Origin: an uncultured Alistipes sp.
GTDB lineage: Bacteria > Bacteroidota > Bacteroidia > Bacteroidales > Rikenellaceae
Direction of reading: 5' to 3'
Assembly: GCA_944320625.1 (NCBI GenBank)
Contig: CALUIG010000002.1
Span: 3,803 to 67,802 of the forward strand
DNA: 64,000 bases
Shown one piece after another: positions 32,312 through 39,700 of this stretch. How positions within the stretch are numbered: position 1 is the first letter of the stretch; the number at the start of each line of letters is the position of its first letter. The translations under genes were made by a program, and so were the position numbers. The notes beneath the pieces were generated by a model. It did not search any database and had not been told where the DNA came from. It worked only from the letters and a program-made list of their open reading frames with translations.

Positions 32312-33598
32312 TTATCTGATTGTTTTCGTTGTCAGCGTATCGTAAACCGCGCGCCCGCCCACCACCGTGAGCACCGCACGCCCCTCGACCTCCCACCCGG
32401 CAAACGGCGTGGCGCGGCCTTTCGAAAGAAACTCCTCCGGATCGATTTTCCAACGCGCCCCGAGGTCCAGCACCGTGAAATCGGCCTCCTCACCCGCCTC
32501 GATTCCCCCTTCGAGGCCGAAGAGCCGACGCGGCGACGTCGACATCAGGTCGATCAGCCGCTCCAGCGGGATGATGCCGGATTTCACCAGCCCGGTATAA
32601 AGCAGCGGGAAGGCCGTCTCGATCCCCACGATGCCCATGGCACTCCCGGCCAGACCGCGCGACTTCTCCTCAGCCGTATGCGGGGCGTGGTCCGTAGCCA
32701 CGACCTCGATCGTGCCGTCGGCCACTCCGGCGATCAGCGCCTCGCGGTCGGCACGGCTCCGCAGCGGCGGGTTCATCTTGAAACGCCCCTCCTCCTGCAG
32801 ATCCTCGTCGCACAGCAGCAGGTAGTGCGGAGCCGTTTCGCAGCTCACGCGAAGCCCCCGCGCCTTCGCCTCGCGGACCAGTTCGACGCTCTCCTTCGTG
32901 GAGACGTGGCAGACGTGGTACTGGCAGCCGGTCCGAGCGGCCAGTTCGATGTCGCGTCCGACCTGCCGCCATTCGCTCTCCGACGAGATGCCCCTATGGC
33001 CGTGGGCATGGCAGTAGTCGCCGTCGTGGATATACCCTCCGCGGAGGAGTTCATCGACCTCGCAGTGTGCCACGATCGGCTTGCCGACCGCCGCGGCACG
33101 GCGCATCGCCTCCTCCATGAGTTCGGCCGACTGCACCCCGCGGCCGTCGTCCGAAAAGCCCGCGACATGGGGAGCCAGCGCCGCGAAGTCGGCCAGTTCG
33201 CCGCAGCCGCGCTGTCCCACGGTGATCGTGCCGTAGGGTTTCACCCGCACCACGGCATCGCGGCGGATGATCGACAACTGCGCTTCGAGATGTTCGGGAG
33301 AATCGGGAGCCGGATTCACGTTGGGCATCGAGCAGACCGTCGTATAACCGCCGCGAGCGGCCGCGGCCGTACCCGTAGCGATGGTCTCCTTCTGCGGAAA
33401 GCCCGGTTCGCGCAGGTGGACATGCACATCAACCAGTCCCGGGACCAGATACAGACCTCCGAGATCCACCCGCCGGTCTTCGGGCTGCGGTTCGCAATCG
33501 GCAACTACCCGGCCCGCCTCCACGACCAGACAACCCGGTTCGAAGCGGCCCCCGCGATAGATCGCAGCATTTTCGTAAAACGTCTTCATCGGCTCCAT
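32312..33598 (-). CDS. pyrC: Dihydroorotase
   Basis: PGLVDVHVHLREPG, MPN, HCE, CHVST, KMNPPLR, ATDHAPH. Start 33598 or 33589. Confidence 0.95.
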   Translation of the reverse strand: MEPMKTFYENAAIYRGGRFEPGCLVVEAGRVVADCEPQPEDRRVDLGGLYLVPGLVDVHVHLREPGFPQKETIATGTAAAARGGYTTVCSMPNVNPAPDSPEHLEAQLSIIRRDAVVRVKPYGTITVGQRGCGELADFAALAPHVAGFSDDGRGVQSAELMEEAMRRAAAVGKPIVAHCEVDELLRGGYIHDGDYCHAHGHRGISSESEWRQVGRDIELAARTGCQYHVCHVSTKESVELVREAKARGLRVSCETAPHYLLLCDEDLQEEGRFKMNPPLRSRADREALIAGVADGTIEVVATDHAPHTAEEKSRGLAGSAMGIVGIETAFPLLYTGLVKSGIIPLERLIDLMSTSPRRLFGLEGGIEAGEEADFTVLDLGARWKIDPEEFLSKGRATPFAGWEVEGRAVLTVVGGRAVYDTLTTKTIR

Positions 33599-33603
33599 CG
33601 CAT

Positions 33604-33635
33604 AAAAAAATAGGGCAACCGAAACAGTTACCCTA
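33604..33635 (-). terminator. Intrinsic terminator (attenuator) in the pyr operon leader
   Basis: Minus strand TAGGGTAACTG-ttt-CGGTTGCCCTA-T7, directly before pyrC. Confidence 0.85.
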
Positions 33636-33735
33636 ATAAAACAATAATACCGAATCCTGCCGAAGAGTGGGACCCCGACCAATAATCCTGCTGCCAGAAC
33701 TTCTGTGCCGTTGGGATGAGGGGGTTACAATTCAT
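33628..33735 (-). CDS. Putative pyr operon leader peptide (35 aa)
   Basis: Manual translation MNCNPLIPTAQKFWQQDYWSGSHSSAGFGIIVLLG*; the stop codon lies inside the 5' arm of the terminator. Confidence 0.6.
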   Translation of the reverse strand: MNCNPLIPTAQKFWQQDYWSGSHSSAGFGIIVLLG

Positions 33736-33761
33736 AGGATTCGGTCCGCTGTAATTGCTCA

Positions 33762-33793
33762 CAAAGATAGGGGTTTTTCGCCTCCCCTGCAAA
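33762..33793 (-). promoter_or_regulatory. pyr operon sigma-A promoter
   Basis: TTTG (33790-33793)-N20-TATCTTTG (33762-33769) on the minus strand. Confidence 0.8.
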
Positions 33794-33935
33794 ACTTTTC
33801 CCGATTTTTTTTCAACATTCCGTCAACGCCCGGCCCCAAATCCCGGCCCCGCACAAAAATACCGACTCCTCGCGGTTGGCTTCTTCCGTTTTGTGCATTA
33901 TCTTTGTCCGCTGACAACCGCAACCCGGAATTCAT

Positions 33936-34739
33936 ATGGAACAGTACAATATCCTCGCACCGCTGCTCCTTACCCTCGGAGCCGGTCTCGCAACCGGAAT
34001 CGGAAGCGCCATCGCCTTCCTCGCAAAACGGACCAACAAACGCCTGCTCTCCTTCTCGCTCGGACTCTCCGGCGGCGTGATGATCTACGTCTCGTTCGTC
34101 GAGCTGTTCCACGAGGCCGGCATCGCCCTCTCGGCCGAATGGGGCCCGCAGCTCGGAGGTTCGGTCACCGTCCTGAGCTTCTTTGCCGGAATCCTCCTGA
34201 TCGGCATCATCGACCGCCTGGTCCCCTCGGTCGAAAACCCCCACGAAGCACACAGCGTCGAGGAGATGAACCACAAACCCCGCAACCCGAAACTCATGCG
34301 CATGGGCCTGCTCACCGCCCTGGCCATCGGCATCCACAACTTCCCCGAAGGAATCGCCACCTTCACCTCGGCCGTCGACAACATGACACTCGGTGTCGCC
34401 ATCGCCGTGGCCATCGCCATCCACAACATTCCCGAAGGCATTGCCGTCTCGATCCCCGTCTACTACGCCACGGGCGACCGCGCCAAGGCCTTCCGGCTCT
34501 CGCTCCTCTCGGGTCTGGCCGAACCGGTCGGAGCCCTGCTGGCCTATCTGGTCCTGATGCCCTTCATGTCGCCCACACTCATGGGATGCATCCTCGCCGG
34601 AGTGGCCGGGATCATGGTCTTCATCTCCATCGACGAACTTCTCCCCGCCGCCCGCGAATACGGCGAGGCTCACACTTCAATCTACGGCGTGGTGGCCGGG
34701 ATGGCCCTGATGGCCGTCAGCCTCCTGCTGCTCGGATAA
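33936..34739 (+). CDS. zupT: ZIP-family zinc transporter
   Basis: [43 protein letters not shown]; TATCTTTG at 33899-33906. Confidence 0.93.
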   Translation: MEQYNILAPLLLTLGAGLATGIGSAIAFLAKRTNKRLLSFSLGLSGGVMIYVSFVELFHEAGIALSAEWGPQLGGSVTVLSFFAGILLIGIIDRLVPSVENPHEAHSVEEMNHKPRNPKLMRMGLLTALAIGIHNFPEGIATFTSAVDNMTLGVAIAVAIAIHNIPEGIAVSIPVYYATGDRAKAFRLSLLSGLAEPVGALLAYLVLMPFMSPTLMGCILAGVAGIMVFISIDELLPAAREYGEAHTSIYGVVAGMALMAVSLLLLG

Positions 34740-34763
34740 ACCCGCAAAACTCCTGACTGCAAA

Positions 34764-35747
34764 ATGGACATTCTCCTGCTTCTGACCGGACTGGCGCTCA
34801 TCCTCGCCGGTGCCAACTTCCTCACCGACGGATCCGCGGCCCTGGCCCAGCGCTTCCGCGTCCCGGAATTCATCATCGGTCTGACGATCGTCGCCGTCGG
34901 AACCTCCACCCCCGAACTGGTCGTCTCCGTCCTTTCGGCCCTGGCCGGAAAGAGCGACGTGGCCATCGGAAACGTCGTCGGTTCGAACATCTTCAACGTC
35001 TTCCTGATTCTGGGCATCTGCGCCCTGGTGCGACCGCTGCCCCTCACGGCCGGGAACATCCGGCGCGACATCCCGTTCGGAGTCGCCACGTCGCTGCTGC
35101 TCCTGATCCTCGCCACGGACAGCTGGTTCTGTTCGGGAGCCGCAGACCGCATCGGACGCCTCGACGGCATGCTGATGCTCGTCATCTACTTCCTGCTGAT
35201 GATCTACACGATCCGTGCAACCGGACGCACGACAATCCCGGAACCCGCCGGGAGTGCCGCGGCCGCAGATCCCGCCGCCGAAGCCCCCCGCAAGCCGATG
35301 GCCGGATGGCTCATGGGCGTAATGATCGTCGGAGGCCTGGCCGCACTGATCTTCGGAGGAGAACTCTTCCTCGACAATGCCGTGGCGCTGGCCCGAAGGA
35401 TGGGTGTCAGCGATTCGCTCATCGCCATCACGCTCGTGGCCGGAGGCACGTCGCTCCCCGAACTGGCCTCGTCGCTCGTCTCCCTGCTCAAGGGCAAGAG
35501 CGACATGGCTCTCGGCAATGTCATCGGTTCGAACATCGCCAATATTCTCCTGATTCTGGGACTGAGTGCCACGATCCATCCCCTGACGATGGGCGGAATC
35601 ACGATGGTGGATCTGCTGATGGTGCTGTTGAGTGCGGTGCAGCTCTTCCTGGCGGCCTTCACCTTCCGCCGCCGGGCCGTCGACCGCTGGGAGGGGGCCC
35701 TGTTCCTGGTGATCTACGCCGCCTACATCGCCTACCTTATAAAATAG
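34764..35747 (+). CDS. Calcium/sodium antiporter (YrbG family)
   Basis: Two alpha repeats: GTSTPEL..GNVVGSNIFN and GTSLPEL..GNVIGSNIAN. Confidence 0.93.
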   Translation: MDILLLLTGLALILAGANFLTDGSAALAQRFRVPEFIIGLTIVAVGTSTPELVVSVLSALAGKSDVAIGNVVGSNIFNVFLILGICALVRPLPLTAGNIRRDIPFGVATSLLLLILATDSWFCSGAADRIGRLDGMLMLVIYFLLMIYTIRATGRTTIPEPAGSAAAADPAAEAPRKPMAGWLMGVMIVGGLAALIFGGELFLDNAVALARRMGVSDSLIAITLVAGGTSLPELASSLVSLLKGKSDMALGNVIGSNIANILLILGLSATIHPLTMGGITMVDLLMVLLSAVQLFLAAFTFRRRAVDRWEGALFLVIYAAYIAYLIK

Positions 35748-36792
35748 CCTCGGGCGACGAAAGGTAACGGTCGAGCAGACGAGGTATGGCGTAGTCGCCG
35801 AGTGCCGGGGTCGGAACGGCGACCGAGGCGGCAAGCGGAGTGAGCGTCGGGGTTTCGATGCGGTAAACCCGGGCATGGAGCCGCTGGTGGGAGAGCTGGT
35901 GCACGGGCAGTGACGTACTCCGCAACAGATGCCACGGGGCATCGCCCAGCCATTCGGCAAAGCGCGGATCCTGGACCAGATCCGGAAGATCGGCCGGCGC
36001 CGCAGTCTCCAGCAACGGGAATTCGTAGAGGCCCTGCCAGATGTCACGACCCTCGCGGCGGCAGAGCAGCGTCCGGCCGTCGGAGGTGATGTGCAGGTAA
36101 TGGAACCAGCGGTCGCGTACGCGGGTCCGGCCCTGCTTGACGGGGCGTTCGGCAACGGTTCCGGCCGCAAGGGCCAGGCAGCGGTCCGAAAGCGGACATA
36201 CGTCGCAGCGCGGCGATACGGGGGTACATTGCAGGGCGCCGAAATCCATGATCGCCTGGTTGTAGCGTCCGGGAGCCAAAGGGTCGAGTTCCGCACGGGC
36301 CAGGTCGGCAAAGGCGCGGCGCCCGGAGGTGGAGTCGATCGGCAGGTCGAGGTCGAAGAGGCGCGACAGAACCCGATAGACATTGCCGTCGACCACGGCA
36401 CAAGGTTCGTCGTAGGCCACAGAGCAGATTGCCGCGGCGGTGTAGTCACCCACGCCGCGCAGCGAACGCACCTCGTCCAGCGAACGGGGAAACGCACCGC
36501 CGAAACGCTCGACAACCTCACGGGCCGCGGCCAGCAGGTTCCGCGCCCGACTGTAATAACCGAGGCCCTGCCAGAGTTTCAGCACCTCGTCCTCGGGGGC
36601 CGCGGCCAGCGAGGCGATGTCGGGGAAGCGCGCCGTGAAGCGTTCGTAGTAGGCCAGGCCCTGCGCCACACGGGTCTGCTGGAGAATCACCTCCGAGAGC
36701 CAGATCCGGTAAGGGTCACGGGTGCGGCGCCACGGCAGGTCGCGGCCCGCGCGGGAATACCAGTCGAGCAATATGTCGGAAATACGAACCAT
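35737..36792 (-). CDS. mutY: A/G-specific adenine glycosylase
   Basis: RDLPWR, WLSEVILQQT, WQGLGYYSRARNL, GVGDYTA, VDGNV; Fe-S motif C-x6-C-x2-C-x5-C. Confidence 0.96.
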   Translation of the reverse strand: MVRISDILLDWYSRAGRDLPWRRTRDPYRIWLSEVILQQTRVAQGLAYYERFTARFPDIASLAAAPEDEVLKLWQGLGYYSRARNLLAAAREVVERFGGAFPRSLDEVRSLRGVGDYTAAAICSVAYDEPCAVVDGNVYRVLSRLFDLDLPIDSTSGRRAFADLARAELDPLAPGRYNQAIMDFGALQCTPVSPRCDVCPLSDRCLALAAGTVAERPVKQGRTRVRDRWFHYLHITSDGRTLLCRREGRDIWQGLYEFPLLETAAPADLPDLVQDPRFAEWLGDAPWHLLRSTSLPVHQLSHQRLHARVYRIETPTLTPLAASVAVPTPALGDYAIPRLLDRYLSSPEAIL

Positions 36793-36861
36793 ACGGAGGA
36801 CAAAAATAGGACTTCGGAACCGAATTTGAAACGTTCCGCAAAGATTCAAACCTGAAAAAAG

Positions 36862-37167
36862 ATGGAAAAACGCTATCCACTCATCCACAACGAGGAGCGG
36901 CACCGCTACGAATTCCGGCTCGACGGCGGGGTCGCCTATGTCGAATACGAGTCGGCCGGCGACGGCACTTACCGGTTGACCCACACGATCGTACCCCCGC
37001 AGTTCGAGGGGCAGGGAATCGGCCGCGAACTGGTTGAATCGGTCCTCGAGGCCCTTCGTGAACGCGGCGCGCGGATCATTCCGCAGTGTTCGTTCATCGT
37101 CCGCTACATCCAGCGCCATCCCGAGTGGGAGCCGCTGCTGCCCGAAGGCCGGAAAATCGAAGGTTAG
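36862..37167 (+). CDS. Small GNAT acetyltransferase (YjdJ-like)
   Basis: HTIVPPQFEGQGIG...IIPQCSFI pattern. Confidence 0.88.
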   Translation: MEKRYPLIHNEERHRYEFRLDGGVAYVEYESAGDGTYRLTHTIVPPQFEGQGIGRELVESVLEALRERGARIIPQCSFIVRYIQRHPEWEPLLPEGRKIEG

Positions 37168-37336
37168 AATCCCAAGAAGCGGCGCCGGAACGTCCCGGGG
37201 TATGAAAGGCCTCGGGGCTCTTCGGCCGTACGCCTGCAAAAGTTCCCCCGCTCGATCACCGGTCGGAAAAACGCCGGCCGCTTTTTCGGACGGCATGGCA
37301 AAATTTTCCGGAAACTCGAAAAATTCGGTCTAAAAA

Positions 37337-37368
37337 TTTGGTTTATAAAATAAACTACTTTATATTTG
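37337..37368 (+). promoter_or_regulatory. Sigma-A promoter of the three-gene membrane/regulator operon
   Basis: TTTG (37337-37340)-N20-TATATTTG (37361-37368). Confidence 0.75.
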
Positions 37369-37432
37369 CGATAGGATTAAACTCCGAGGCCCGGAATCAA
37401 GATCGACCGACACATCAAAAAACAGAAAAAAA

Positions 37433-37711
37433 ATGGAAGCCACCGACCGTATGAAAACCTCCCGAAAAGAGATCCGCACCGCCGACGCCGTCGAAGCAAA
37501 CGCCAAACGCCGTCGGTTCATCCGCCCATTCGCCCAACAGGTCATCATCTGGGCCGTGACATGCGCTTTTCTGGCCGTCGTGAACCGATTGACCTCTCCC
37601 CACTACTGGTGGGTGCTGTGGGTCATCGGCGGATGGGGACTGCAACTCCTCCTCGCATTCGCCTTCTACCTCTTCGACCGCGAGGAAGAGGAAACACCAC
37701 AACTCCATTGA
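37433..37711 (+). CDS. 2TM domain-containing small membrane protein
   Basis: AKRR..F followed by two hydrophobic helices, LAVVNRLTSPHYWWVLWVIGGWG. Confidence 0.75.
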   Translation: MEATDRMKTSRKEIRTADAVEANAKRRRFIRPFAQQVIIWAVTCAFLAVVNRLTSPHYWWVLWVIGGWGLQLLLAFAFYLFDREEEETPQLH

Positions 37712-37762
37712 ACGACGCCACCCCGAAACCGGGAACAATCCAAAAACATAAAACACACTGCC

Positions 37763-38401
37763 ATGGAAGAGAGAAAACTCGACGCGCAGGAGAGCATCGA
37801 ACTCATCACGCGCATGATCCGAAACACCCGCCAACGCCTCGAACGGCACTCGGGCCGTCCGTTCCTCATCTGGGGATACACCACCGTGGCCGTCTCGCTG
37901 CTCAACTACGCGCTCAACATCGTCGGGGCCGATCCGGCGTGGAGCCTCTCGTGGTTCCTCATCCCCGTGCTGGGCATCCTCCTCATGCGGCTCTTCCCCG
38001 AAAAGAAGAGTTCGGAACCACGCACCGAGATTGACCGTATCGTCTCGGCCCTGTGGCTCGTCTGCTCGCTGACGCTCATTCCGATCTTCCTCTCCAGCTT
38101 CCTGCACGGCCTGAGCTACCGCCCCAGCCTCTTCGCGCTGATTACCCTCGTGATGTCGATCGGGACCGCCGCAACCGGGCTGATCGTCCGCTCGAAGGTC
38201 TACTCCGCAGCCGGATTTTTCGCAATGGCCGGATCCGCACTCTTCGCACTTTACGATTTCCATCTCGCGCAGATCGCCCGAACCGCCCCGATCGACGCCT
38301 CCCTGCTCAACAACGAGATCCTGATCTTTGCGGCGATCTTCATCGTGATGATGGTCATCCCCGGCCACATCATCAACTACCGGACCCGTCACGAAAAATA
38401 G
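37763..38401 (+). CDS. Hypothetical multi-pass membrane protein
   Basis: ESIELITRMI N-terminus, FLIWG, about 6 TM segments, IPGHII C-terminus. Confidence 0.8.
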   Translation: MEERKLDAQESIELITRMIRNTRQRLERHSGRPFLIWGYTTVAVSLLNYALNIVGADPAWSLSWFLIPVLGILLMRLFPEKKSSEPRTEIDRIVSALWLVCSLTLIPIFLSSFLHGLSYRPSLFALITLVMSIGTAATGLIVRSKVYSAAGFFAMAGSALFALYDFHLAQIARTAPIDASLLNNEILIFAAIFIVMMVIPGHIINYRTRHEK

Positions 38402-38405
38402 CGTC

Positions 38406-38690
38406 ATGTTCAAGGAATTGAATCCCCTGTTGCACTCGGAACTGAGGCTCGCCGTCATGTCGGTCCTCCTCGGGGTCGAAAGCGCCGACTTCGTCTTCCT
38501 CCGTCAGCAGACCGGCGCCACAGCCGGGAATCTCTCCGTGCAGCTCGACAAACTGGCCAGGGCGGGATACATCGAGATCGAAAAGAGCTTCCGCGGCAAA
38601 ATGCCCTGCACAGTCTGCCGCATCACCGACGTCGGGCGCGACGCCTTCGCAGAGTATGTCGAGGCGTTGCAGACCTACATCAAGCGATAG
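38406..38690 (+). CDS. Winged-helix (MarR/ArsR-like, HTH_34) transcriptional regulator
   Basis: LHSELRLAVMSVL, TAGNLSVQLDKL..AGYI, GRDAFAEYV. Confidence 0.9.
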   Translation: MFKELNPLLHSELRLAVMSVLLGVESADFVFLRQQTGATAGNLSVQLDKLARAGYIEIEKSFRGKMPCTVCRITDVGRDAFAEYVEALQTYIKR

Positions 38691-38718
38691 GACCGAGGAT
38701 TCGGTCCTATCGCTTTTT
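38682..38718 (+). terminator. Intrinsic terminator overlapping the regulator stop codon
   Basis: AAGCGATAGGACCGA-ggat-TCGGTCCTATCGCTT-TTT. Confidence 0.85.
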
Positions 38719-38734
38719 CAGCCTTCGGAAGCCG

Positions 38735-39697
38735 TCAGAGCGAACAGAAGAAGGTCACCAGAAACGGCACGCTGAAATCCATGACACAGCCGTGGAAGAT
38801 CGACACCACGGCATAGGGGCGCCCGGCAGCCCGGGTGATGATCGGCAGCGTCGTGTCGAAGGTCGTCGCACCGCCGATCGAGATCGCGGCCAGCGGCCCG
38901 AACCACCGTGCCACCAGCGGGGCCGCCAGCAGCGTAAAGAGTTCCCGCAGGATGTTGCACAGCAGTGCCACCGTAGCCAGTTCGGCACCCCGCAAGTCGG
39001 CAATGAAGATGCTCGACAGCGAATAGTACCCGAACCCCGCGCCGACGGCCAGGGAATCGGCCGCGGAGGTCACCGCAGAATCCGCTCCGAAAAACGGAGT
39101 GGCAAGCAGCGCTCCGCCGAGTGTCCCGACGGCCGTAGCCACCGGGAGCAGCGCCAGGCGCCGGTCGAGTTGTCGGACCCGCTCTACCAACGTACGGTCA
39201 TTGCCCAGCGTCACCCCCACGCAGAACATCAGCGCATAGAGCACATAACTGCTCACGCGGGAGTCCGTCAGGTCGGGATCGGCCCAAAATCCCGCCGCGC
39301 ACCCCACGGCAAAGAAGGCCACGATCGTCAGGCTTCCCCGCAACGCTTTCCAGGTCGACTCCGAAGGTTCCCGGTCGGCAGCAGGGCCCGGATGGTCGGC
39401 CGCCGTCCCCTGCTGCGGCAGTCGGGACGAAGATGCTCCCGCACCGATCCACCGCCCCACGCCCCACGCCGCAAAGATGCTCCCCGCCACCGAAAAGGCA
39501 AAGAGCACGAAAGCCGTCGCACCGAGCGTCGCCAGACCGCCTGCCACCGCAGGATCCGACCCGGCCTCCAGCCCCAGCAGAAAGAGCAGCAGCCAGATGA
39601 TCCCCGTGATGAGCGGCTGGACAAACGAGAGGCGCCGGCCGTAAAGCAGGCGCCCCGTCAGAATTCCGCCGAAAAGTACGGCAAATACAACCAGCAT
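38735..39697 (-). CDS. LysO (DUF340)-family exporter
   Basis: LLLFLLGLEAG N-terminal module; GFGYYSLSSIFI, NILRELFTLL, GGATTFDTTLPII. Confidence 0.85.
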   Translation of the reverse strand: MLVVFAVLFGGILTGRLLYGRRLSFVQPLITGIIWLLLFLLGLEAGSDPAVAGGLATLGATAFVLFAFSVAGSIFAAWGVGRWIGAGASSSRLPQQGTAADHPGPAADREPSESTWKALRGSLTIVAFFAVGCAAGFWADPDLTDSRVSSYVLYALMFCVGVTLGNDRTLVERVRQLDRRLALLPVATAVGTLGGALLATPFFGADSAVTSAADSLAVGAGFGYYSLSSIFIADLRGAELATVALLCNILRELFTLLAAPLVARWFGPLAAISIGGATTFDTTLPIITRAAGRPYAVVSIFHGCVMDFSVPFLVTFFCSL

Positions 39698-39700
39698 CGG

